Source of the DNA: Monocercomonoides exilis PA203
Lineage: Eukaryota; Protista; Preaxostyla
NCBI GenBank assembly: GCA_001643675.2
Contig: LSRY02000006.1
Coordinates: 682,001 to 746,000, forward strand
DNA length: 64,000 nt
Reading direction: 5' to 3'
Shown: positions 45,105 through 55,544 of the stretch, one piece after another
How the letters are laid out: the number at the start of each line of letters is the position of its first letter
How positions within the stretch are numbered: the first letter of the stretch is position 1
Translations under genes and position numbers: made by a program
Notes under the pieces: generated by a model
Database searches by the model: none
What the model was told of the DNA's origin: nothing
What the model saw: the letters and a program-made list of their open reading frames with translations, nothing else

Positions 45105-47101
45105 TTGATTAATATTTATTATTGTTCGTTCAATAACAAAACAGAAAGAGTGGGAAATGATATTTTCATTGATAGTTATAACATCACGTCTCAAATAAAT
45201 GAAAGCCAATTCCAGTTTGATCTTCGAGAGAATCATTATTCACGAATTAATGCGATTTATGGAAGAGATTTCTGTGATTATCAAAGTGATTCAAATTTGA
45301 TTGAGTTTGTGACTATCCATCAGAGTGACACAATTGTTGTGAGCAGTGTGAATGGATCGAATGACAGACAATGTGAACAATCACGCTTCCATGCTACTCG
45401 ATTGTACATGGACTGGTGCATCTGAAATCTGAATATGTGAGTCTATTGCATGTTGACACTGAGAGTGTGATTGGAAGAGAAATTAATCTGGAGGTGATGA
45501 GTTTGAGTTCGAAGAGCAGAGAAATTTGTAAAGTTGAAGTGAAATCAAGCATTGGAAAAACAAGAAGGGAATTGATAACAATAACAGGAACAGTTTCATT
45601 GATGAGAGTGAATTTTGTGTTTGATCCAAATTTCGTTTCTCAATATGAATCATTGATGTCTCCAGAGGGATAAATTCTTGAGATGATGAATTGTTCATTC
45701 ACATCAAAGCAATTGATGGAAGAAGGAAACGCAAGATTAGCAAACATTCCATTTCACATTATCAATATGGAAAAAGGAGAATTGCAACTTGATGGATGCA
45801 CAGCGTCAAATCTCATTCTTCATGAGTCTGCATTGTGTCTTTCATCACAACTTCCATCAGAAATTGATTCATTAACGATTTGTAATTCAACAATTTCACA
45901 CTCAATAATTGAAATCATTGAATGTGGACAGTTGAATATGGATAGATTATTTGTTGAAAATATCACAGTTGAAGGAAATGGAGAATCACTGATATCTTGT
46001 TTGTCAATGAAAAAGACGATGCAATTGGCAAATTGCACAATAGGTGGAGTCGGTTCAAAGACCACAAAAGGGAAATTGATGAAATTGGAGAATAGTTTAG
46101 ATGTTAAAATGGACAGCTGCGTGTTTGATGGGAATTCAAAGGAAAGAAATGAGCAATATTAGAATGAAGGGGAAGAGATGTGCAGATGGTCAGGATCTCT
46201 TGTGGATGTTGTGAAGAGCAATGAGGAGATGAAAGACACAACAATATCGAATTCACCAGAAGGTGGAATAACAATGAGTGGAGGAAATGTGATCATTGAG
46301 ATGGGGTTATTTGAGAATAATAATCCATCAATTGAAGGATATCCATCATTGAGAAGAAACATTATATGTTCGGATTCAGGAACATTGAATGTGATGAGTT
46401 TGAAAGGAGGAGATGGATTGAAAGATAATACATCGCTTTGGATGTCGAATGAAGGGTGCAGTTTTGAAGGGATTGCTTCAGAAAGGGATTCATCGTTTTT
46501 CATTCCAGTTCTGGAGAGTGTGGAAGCCAAAGAAGAGGCAAATAGAATGAAGCTGACATTCAAAGGGATGCTTCTTGTTCCATGCAACTTGTCTTTCTCA
46601 GTTGTGAAGAGGAAGGGAGAAGAGAAAGAGATTGAAAAACATGATTTTGATTCAAATGGATTCTTATCAGAAAGAGAAGCAGAAGGAAGTGTGACAAAAG
46701 ATCTCATCAGCAGTTGTGGAAATGATGTTGAGGTGAGCGTAAAAATTTTGTTTGGGAATGCAGAAGCTCCTTCATCAACAAATTCGTTCATTCTGAAGAA
46801 TGCAAGTATCGCTCCTCCAAAATGAGATGAAAAGATAGTTGAAAGTCTGAAAGAAGGAAAATCATCATGGGCATTGATTGTGATTGTGATATTTGCAATA
46901 ATGTTTCTGATTGTTTTTATTGCATCAATTATTCTAGCTGTTCGTTGGAAAAAAGCTAAGAATGAAACAAAAAAATATAAAGAGATTGTTGAAGATACTG
47001 TTAAGAAGGATCCGAAGGCATTTGAGATGGTGACGATGGAGATGTCACCAGAGGCGCAGTGGAGGAGAGCAGAAAAGAGCAGAAAGAAAGAAAGAAAATG
47101 A
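45105..47101 (+). pseudogene. Decayed internal fragment of the giant receptor-like family (last module, stalk, TM, juxtamembrane; no kinase-like tail)
   Basis: Broken ORFs contain GSNDRQC, CRWSGSLV, NNPSIEGYPSLRRNIICSDSG, SLKGGDG, PCNLSF, KSSWALIVIV and KKDPKAFEMVTMEMSPE; stops at 45671, 46160 and 46823 plus frameshifts; ends in an AG-rich repeat. Confidence 0.9.
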
Positions 47102-47178
47102 GAGAGAAAGAGAAAGAGAAAGAGAGAAAGAAAAAGAGAGAAAGAGAAAGAGAAAAAGAGTGAGAGAGAGAGATAGAG
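47085..47178 (+). repeat. AG-rich microsatellite (AGAAAG/AG)n at the truncation point of the receptor fragment
   Basis: Direct reading of the sequence. Confidence 0.85.
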
Positions 47179-49347
47179 TTTGAAATTTCTTGAAATGGAA
47201 ATATTGTTCATTCCGTTATTTGTTTGTCAATTTTTAATCAAGCAATTTTTTCGTCGTTTTTTGATCTCTCATATAAGTGAAGCATGCAATTGAAAGGCTG
47301 ATGAATTAAAAGAACGCTCTTTTTTCTCAACGAACTGATTAAAAATTTAAAAAGTGATTTGGAAAAATGAATATGAAATTACTATATTTTTTCGATGAAG
47401 TTTTTTTCAAGGAGAAACCATAAAAATTCATTCGTTTTTTTTCAAAAAGAAATCACAATATTAACATTAAAAGTTATTGATTCTTATCAAATTGAATCGA
47501 ATATTGATAAGCAGCATGCTGGAAAAAACAAAAAAAGAAAAAATAAATATATGAATATTATGAATGAACATTTTCGAAAAAAACAATATAATACTATTCT
47601 ATCAAAAACGAGGAATCCATGAATTATATTTTCAAAACTGAAATGTTTCTGAAATGAACAAAAATGATCTTTGATATGCAAAATGAAAATACGAGACAAA
47701 TTGAAACAAACTCAACTGTTAATTTTCATCTAATAATGTGATATTTCATTTTCATGAAGTTTGATTCAGATTTGCCATTATTTACACAATCTATCATTCC
47801 AGAAAGCAAAAACAAATTCCTTTTAAATAAGAAATTTAATTGTGGGATTGATCAAAATATTTTAATTTTTTAATTTATTTTTTTTCTGTTTTATTTCTCA
47901 AATTTTTATTATTAATGAAGGACAATATAATAATTAATAACATTTCATTCACTTTTTGTTTCAAAATTATCTTATTTTAATAAATTTTTTTGAAAAAATA
48001 CTCATATTTATGGGTGATTTTTTTAAAAAAGTTTTTTCACGAGAAGCAAAAAGTTTTACGAAAAATCGGTCCATATAAAAGTTATTAAACAATTTTTGCT
48101 TTTCAGTCATCACAACATTAATGTTTAAAAACAAGAAATGCAAAAGGGACGCAGTTACACCTATGCCAGTGTTGCAAAGTTGTTCGCTGTGTGTATTAAC
48201 TGTTGAGCTTTTATTATCCATGTCAATTTTTGCACTCAGGAAAAATCTCTGAATTGAGTTCTGCTTTAGCAACTTGCATTTGTGAAATTTGATTGATGAG
48301 TAGTCTCTTCTTCCTGTAATTCCACATATTGAATCAGATGTTGCATTTGGGCACAAATACAAACGATGGGACATTTTTTTATCTGATGAGCTGAGATAAA
48401 CAGGAGAAAATCCAATAAACAAATTACTATTCACCACTTCAAATGCAATTTTGCTGAGGGCAAAATTCTTATTTGTTGGATGTTTTGTAATCTTTGAAGT
48501 GATAAATTTGAACAAAAAAATCAAACATAATGTTAAGATCATAATAGCAAACATTGCCTTTTTGGAGTTGATTGCAACTTCTCCAAAGTGATGACATGCC
48601 CTTTCTCCATTTGCAAAAGTTTAACATGCTTTATATATGCTGTGCGCTTGAAAAAGAAATATTTAAATTTGTTAAAACAGTTGATAACAAGTTAATCAGA
48701 AAGAATATTAAACCACATTAGGATCTTTTAAGCTCAGTTTGAGTTCATCATTCAATTCGAATGTTGACAATAAGTCTTCTCGATCCATGTTTATATAATA
48801 ATCAACAAATCTACGTATGACGGGAACTTTTTTCCTTCCGTGTCAGATTTTTCAAAAATCCGCAATTCAAATCTGCCGCGGAACAACCCATTTTGATTTT
48901 TTTATAAAACATTTCCCTTTCGAAAAATTGTTGTTCATGTTTTATTCATTTTTTTGTTGTATTTATAAAATCCTGGTGTATTGAACTATGACGTAAAAAA
49001 CTTTTCTCCGTAAGTCACATTGGCTTTTTAAAAAAGTCAAAGGCAGATTGCCGCAATGATTTACATTAGATTAATAATTTTTGAAATCATAACTTGTTTA
49101 GGAACTTTGATATTTCAAGTGTTTCATTTCTTTCGAAAGTGATTTTTCATTTTCAAGAAAAATGTTTTATAAATATTTAAAAAGGCAATGTCTGAGATGA
49201 TATTCATTAAAAATATTATGTTTGAAAGGATTTTAAACTTTTTTGTGTTCATTTATCAAATTTCAAAGTGAACTCTCAAACCGAAAATTATGATAGAGAA
49301 AATTTGGATTCAAAAACAATCACACAAATTCAAAAGAAAATAACATA

Positions 49348-49616
49348 TGGGGGAAAATACGGATTTTCAAGCTTTTTTTGAACAAGGCATTGAAAAATTG
49401 TTTCACTCATAACTTAATTTCACTTTCTCAAATTTCAAAATAAATTAGATTTTCATATCCGTAAACAGGCATCGTAGAAATTAAAACATAAAGTTTTCCA
49501 ACATTTCACTCATGTCGAAAAATGGACCCATTTTTATTCGATTTTTGATCTCAAAAAGTCAATGAAAAGTACATTATTTTTCAATAAAAAAGCTTGAAGT
49601 TGCATATTTTTCCCCA
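49348..49616. mobile_element. Short MITE (269 bp), ~38-bp imperfect TIRs, TA-flanked
   Basis: TA|TGGGGGAAAATAC..TTCAAGCTTTTTT ... AAAAAAGCTTGAA..TATTTTTCCCCA|TA; diverged inverted copy at ~63720-63931. Confidence 0.75.
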
Positions 49617-49852
49617 TATAAAGTTGAGTCTGAAAATGAAGGAAATTCAGAAATCTGAATAAAAACAAAAAATCAAATATTTCACTCATTCATTATAAAA
49701 ATAATTAATTTAAAGTGAAGTGTATTTTCAAATTTTGCCTGATATCTTCTCACTTTTCTCTTTTCTTTTCTGCTCCACTTATTTTTTACATTTGTAATTA
49801 AAAACACACTTTCAAGTTTTATATTAATTTTTAATTTAATTTTCATTTTCAG

Positions 49853-49995
49853 TTTTATTTTTATTTTATTTTATTTTATTTTATTTTATTTTATTTTATT
49901 TTATTTTATTTTATTTTATTTTATTTTATTTTATTTTATTTTATTTTATTTTATTTTATTTTATTTTATTTTATTTTATTTTATTTTATTTTATT
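49853..49995 (+). repeat. (TTTTA)n microsatellite, ~28 units
   Basis: Direct reading of the sequence. Confidence 0.97.
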
Positions 49996-50313
49996 TATTT
50001 TTTTGTGGCTGACAAAAGAATTTGTAACAAGTCATGTCACAGAGGGATAATTTTCAGATCAATGAAAAGAAAAATGAAAATACTCAACTTCATTTTGAAA
50101 AAGGAAAATTTTGATAAATTTTTAAATTTTAGTACAAATTATTATTTTAAAAGATTGAAAATTTCTTCGAAGATTAAATTAATAAAGTGTTATGAACACC
50201 AATGGGGATTGCACTAAAAATTGATTTTTCATTTCAATTGATTGCTATCGCATTAAGGGTTAGATCATTTTATCACAAGATTAACATCTTTTGCCAGTTG
50301 AAGTAATTTTCTT

Positions 50314-51159
50314 ATGATATTTTATTTATTTGCTTCAGTTATTGCAGAATCAATTGTTGAAACAGTTAACAACGATCCAAGCTCCACATGGGTTGCAATT
50401 GAATATCCAAGAGAAGTTATCACTTTAGCAAAGATGAGAGCAATGCTTGGTGAAGAAGCTCTTCCTATCGAAGACGTTGAATACGTTGAACCAAACAATG
50501 TCCCAGAGAACTTCGATGCACGTGAACAATGGCCAGGAAAGATTTATCCAGTGCGCTCACAAGCTTCTTGCGGATCATGCTGGGCCCACACTGCATCAGA
50601 AGCCATTGGAAACAGATTCTCAATCAAAGGATGCGGAAAGGGAATGCTTTCAGTCCAAGATCTCGTTTCATGCGACAAAAGTGATTCTGGCTGCAAAAGT
50701 GGTTCTGGACCAATAGTTACAAAATGGCTTGCTTCAAATGGAGTCACAACTGAAGAATGCCTCCCATATGTTTCTGGAAATGGACGTGTTCCATCATGTC
50801 CAACAAAATGTGCTAATGGATCAAGAATTGTTCGTTACAAATATGAGAAAGCTGAGACTTACACAGTCAAGAATGTTCAAGAAGAATTGATGAAAAACGG
50901 TCCAGTTTACTTCCGTTTCACAGTTTATACAGATTTTATGAACTACAAGAGCGGAATTTATCAACACAAATCAGGATACCAAGAAGGAGGACATGCTGTA
51001 CTTTTGATCGGATGGGGCGTTGAAGATGGTGTTCCATACTGGCTTCTTCAGAACTCATGGGGAACAGGGTGGGGAGAGAAAGGTCACTTTAAGTTCATCA
51101 GAGGAAAAAATGATTGCGGATGTGAACAAGGATTCTACGCAGGACCTGTTAAATGCTAA
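50314..51159 (+). CDS. CTSB: Cathepsin B-like cysteine protease (papain family C1A), 281 aa
   Basis: Signal peptide and short propeptide, FDAREQWP, QASCGSCWA (catalytic Cys), LSVQDLVSC, GPV, YKSGIY, GGHAV (His), WLLQNSWG (Asn). Confidence 0.96.
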   Translation: MIFYLFASVIAESIVETVNNDPSSTWVAIEYPREVITLAKMRAMLGEEALPIEDVEYVEPNNVPENFDAREQWPGKIYPVRSQASCGSCWAHTASEAIGNRFSIKGCGKGMLSVQDLVSCDKSDSGCKSGSGPIVTKWLASNGVTTEECLPYVSGNGRVPSCPTKCANGSRIVRYKYEKAETYTVKNVQEELMKNGPVYFRFTVYTDFMNYKSGIYQHKSGYQEGGHAVLLIGWGVEDGVPYWLLQNSWGTGWGEKGHFKFIRGKNDCGCEQGFYAGPVKC

Positions 51160-51968
51160 TCTTGCAGAGAAATATGAAAGAGATTTTAAATGTTTTTTTG
51201 TTTAGAACCAGTTTTATGTTTGACTTTCCCAAGAAATACGGGGAAGTGAGGATTTTTGCGTTTTTAAAGTTTATGTCAGTTGAATGCAACTTGATATTTC
51301 TGTTTGTATGTTTTTCTTTTGATATTTTGAGTTGACTGAAACATTGATTTTTAAATTGTATACTTCAATTTTTTTTTTTGAAAAAAATGAACTAAAACAA
51401 GCGATTCATCGAAAGGTTGAACCGAGAAAAGCGTTTTTTTGAATCAAAAAGAAGTGATAAACATTAAATTGAATGAAAAGATAATGCTTTAGGAAAATGT
51501 CAAAAGTTGATTGTTGCTCTTTGGAGAGATGTTTTTTGAGTTAAATGATGCAAGAAATGTTACAAAATCATTTTCTCTATTTTCTTTGTTTTTATCAAAA
51601 TCTTCTAAAAATATACTCTTGAGTGATGGCTTGGGAGAGAAGAGAAAAATTACTCAAAAAATAAAAAAATACGATCTCAAAAGATGTGAAAATGGATAAA
51701 AAATACAACACTTGATAAAACATGCAATATAAAACGCATTGAATAGAAGAGCTATAAAATTTAAATGCTGCATTCTTTTTCTTCGTTGAATAACTATGCT
51801 CAACGAAAAAATGCAACATCTCAAAAAATAAAAGAATCTCGAACTCTGTTATGAACGAGTGCACACAAGCTGAATAATACCAGCCTTTCATAAATAACAT
51901 TTTAAAAATAAAGAACTTGAAAAAAAAAAAAAATCAAAAGAAAAATAACAGAAGATAAAAGCAAGGAG

Positions 51969-52406
51969 TTACACCCACATGACAGTTTTGTCCCTCCAAA
52001 AAGGAACAAAAGATGATTCTTTCACTCGTTCATATCTCAAAATCTCTGCAGTTGCACCTGCTTTGTCCATAGCTACGCCCACTTGCACGCACTCTGGGAT
52101 GTGTGTGTAGATCACCCGCTGCCTCTGGTTCTTCACAAAGAACAGCACCCTCCTCTTGTCCATGTCCACCTCCATCCCCACGACATCCTTGTTGCCCCAT
52201 CTGTCGTTCCCGCTTGTGGACACACCGCCCTGGAAGCACTGTCCAGACGTGTAGAATGAACAGCTGTCTCTGTCCTGTCCGAAGCAGTTCAGCGGCGTCT
52301 GTGTCCACGGGCATCTGGACAGCCCAATGACAGGTGTCCACTCGCAACCAATACAAGCGTTGATGATCTTCACATCAAACCGCCAGATTCCTTCGTTGAT
52401 GATCAA
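51969..52406 (-). CDS. SPRY/B30.2-domain protein (5' end unresolved; possibly partial)
   Basis: EGIWRFDV, IGL, GQDRDSCSFY, W..KDVVGMEVDMDKRRVLFFVKN pattern; GC-rich coding-like island; no clean ATG in frame. Confidence 0.7.
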   Translation of the reverse strand: MIINEGIWRFDVKIINACIGCEWTPVIGLSRCPWTQTPLNCFGQDRDSCSFYTSGQCFQGGVSTSGNDRWGNKDVVGMEVDMDKRRVLFFVKNQRQRVIYTHIPECVQVGVAMDKAGATAEILRYERVKESSFVPFWRDKTVMWV

Positions 52407-55400
52407 TCTTCACATTCACCTCCTTTTATCCTTTCATTTGTCTTTTGTACAATCACCTCCACTTCCTTCTCTCTCTTCTTTTCTTTCTCATCTTCTTCCT
52501 CTTCTCTTATATTTTTATTCTTATGATGCTTTTAAACATGTGAAACAAAAATGCGCATTTTTCTTTAAAGTGCAAAAAAATATGTGCATTTTACTATTCT
52601 TGAAACTTCTTTTGCTCAAACGAAGATATTTTTTTTATTTAATATTGTTTTCGTTTTGATTTTGCTCGGAGAAAATTACTAAAAGATAATCGTCAAATCA
52701 ACTGATCCAAAGTAATATAAAATACTCAATAACACAGAATTGAAGTTTTCTCTTTTGAAAGCTTGAGATCGTTATTGTGCACGATACACGGAAATGAAAT
52801 TTCAGATTTGAACATGTAAATGCAGCTAAAATAAAGAATAATTCAGAGTCGAACTCTTTAAAGCTGATTTAAATTCATCAGATCATTGCGAGACCAGGAT
52901 TTTTCATTTACATGATTTTTCAAAAGAGTTTCTTGCCAAAGAACAAAAGATGAAAATTTTCACATTCACGGGTTTATTTTTTCTTATCATGTTTTCATAG
53001 ATGAAATATGTATAAATGTTTAAGAAATTAAATATTTGTATTTTAACTGCACTTTTAAAAAAACGCATTCTTAATTTGTTGCAATTATACAATGTTAAGT
53101 GTGTTTCCCCGATGAAGAAAGCTTGAGAAAGTTATTATGCTTCTTTCAACGTGTTATTTTTATACGTTGCTTTGTAATTTTTGCATGTGTAAATTTAGTT
53201 CTGTTAAGAAATCGAAAGAATTTTAAAAACATTTGCTGTCTAGCTCGCTCAAAATCATCTTTTGTACAATCTTCAAACTGAAAAATTTTATGATGAACAA
53301 ATCGTGAATACCTCATTTCATTTAAAGATGCAATAGCTATTTACTCCTATAAGACGAAATCAGAGAGAAACTAGGAATGACAAAAAAGTGGCACTGATAG
53401 TGAACCACATATTCGAGATTCCTACAAGCCTCCTGCAATTAGAAATACCATCAAAGACATTGTGTTGCATCAACAAGCAGAAAAGTGAAAATCAGAAACA
53501 TTACTTTTCAACTCACGAAATAACATTTCAGCGCTTGGTTTGAGAGAATGCTTTTTTCAGAACCAATGCACGTAATCAACAAGCACAAAACTATAATAAG
53601 ATTCAATAAATGAGAAGATGAAGTAATATGAAATCACCTCGGTTATTTTCCCAATGACATTAACATTATTTACATAGCCTTTTGGTACAAACCGATTTCG
53701 CTCACTATTAAAATCTTTCAGTGAAGATTTATGACAAAGCCTCACGCATTGAAGAAGATTATATTTCCAACAACTGTTTACTGATTATTAAGTGAAATAG
53801 TCGTTTTTGAAAATGAATTTGATTCAGGTTAAGTTCTGCCTTTGTCTTATTATTGACCTTTCTTCTTTCCATTTCTGTCTTCGTTTTTTCTGTTCTGACA
53901 GCAAAATTGGAGAAGTATTCAGATCACAGTTAAGTTCTACATCCTTCTTCTACAATTTCAGAATGACAATTTATGAAAAGAATTTCAATGCCTGCAAATT
54001 TTCGCGTCTGCAAAGCACCAATATCATCGCTCGTCAAATTATACCTTTTTTTTTACACATTGCATTTCAAATGAAGTTAAACAAACGACATACATAATTG
54101 GAAATGTGCTTCCATGAAATGAGCCAAAAAATAACTCTTCTTTCAAAATGTTGTCTAAACAGTCATCTTTGCAGCTATTGAAGTGTCGTCTATCAATTGA
54201 AAATCATATTTTTATCGTCTTTCATGGATTAATGGATTTTGATATTGGTGAAGCATCAAGCGCAGGAAAAGAGAACTTTGTTTAAAAATGAATTGGAAGG
54301 ATACTTGAAAGGAAACAGGTGACAAAGAAATTTATTGAGACATTCAAAGAAAACTAACAACAAATGGATTCAAATGGCTCAAAGAGAAAGTTAGCATGAT
54401 GAGTATAACAAAGAAAAGAGATGGAAAGAGCGAAGAAGAAAAGCAATAGACAAGAGAGTCGTCATTGTTGAGAGTGGATCTTCAGACAAGGGAAGAACAA
54501 TGGAAATAGTTAATGAACTTGATTATATTTTGAATTGTTGGTAAAACATAATCAAGACAATAATTGAACAATGAACATTGCCTTTTCCGCATATACGTTG
54601 GTTGCATTCGCATTCAGGATCTCAGTTCGATGAAAGAATAACAATGCGAAGAGAATTAAGATATTTTCTAGGAACAATTTGATTTAAATATTACATTTGA
54701 GCATCTGCTTTATTTGTTATATTCATACTACAAGTGCAACTTATTCCATTTGCACGTTAACAGCGATAAAACCAAAGCGTTCGACAATGGACGCAGATAA
54801 ACGGATAAATTTTAATCTGTTGTTTTTTCCACCTGCTTTTATGATGATGTTAACATTCGTAATGGAAACAAAAAATGAAAATTTGAAATGGAATAGAATA
54901 AAATGCGAATCAAAAGAGGAATCAAATGAAGAAAACTCAGATAAGAGAAGGAACAGAGGAGCTGACAACAAAAATCAATTTCTGTTTTTGAAAAACAAGA
55001 AAAAAAGAGATACTGCTGGAAAGAATTACTGGAAAATAAGGTTTTGGATGCATCGAGAAGAGTTGAAGCCATTTTTTTCTGAATGAGGCACAAGCAGTAT
55101 TTACAGTTTTGTAACATTCAAATTAATTTCTTGGCAAATTATTTTCGTTTCTTTTCGTTTTTAGGCATTTAGATTACCTTTTGTATATTCAGAAGTCACT
55201 GAAATCTTGCAAAGAAAACAGGTCGATTCAGAATAAAAGCCAACAATTTCATGAAGATGCACGGAGACGAAAAAGGAGCAAAATGGATGATGCATTTCTT
55301 TCAAACAGAATATGTAGGCAAAGATGAGATTAGAAAATTTGTTGAAAAAGAGGAAATTAATTGAAAATAGCAGTTTCTTGGAACTAACATTAGAATTGAT

Positions 55401-55544
55401 TTGATATGACAAATGGAAATAAAATCATAGAATTGGAACCTGAAAATGGAAATGGTGAAGGAAATAATATTTTTTTTAATTCCGCAAGATTATGGGATAT
55501 TATCAGAAATTTGGGTTCAAAAACCCATAATCATCATTGAAACA

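Larger units (their letters stand above)
43362..48161. mobile_element. Composite TIR element FB3 (4800 bp), 323-bp inverted arms, TA duplication, carrying a nested foldback element and a host receptor-gene fragment
   Basis: TA|GGTGTAACTGCG...CGCAGTTACACC|TA; arms 43362-43684 and 47839-48161. Removing the element plus one TA rejoins the hAT frame (LCNTGI-NRNNSYKLMDTFISL). Confidence 0.9.
40977..48788 (-). pseudogene. hAT-superfamily transposase pseudogene, interrupted by the 43362-48161 insertion
   Basis: Ordered motifs across broken ORFs: Zn-finger-like C..C..H.C (48250-48360), IAIMMDSG (first D), CFCSDG (second D), PCLSHLVNL (CxxH), RTKW-like, and SPCSEAFCERMFSKARRIVGDRRHSL (catalytic E / hAT C-terminal region). 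In-frame stops and frameshifts present. The 5' end (ATG 48788, probable introns) is tentative. Confidence 0.82.

Noticed and set aside
39190-49060. TGACG(T) words near 39205-39236 and 48818-48995 as hAT subterminal repeats or TIRs
   Set aside because: No extended inverted match or 8-bp TSD could be established by eye.
53300-55100. Coding-like purine-rich stretch, possibly a decayed gene or retroelement
   Set aside because: All frames examined are broken and no recognisable motif was found; a TBLASTX search is needed.
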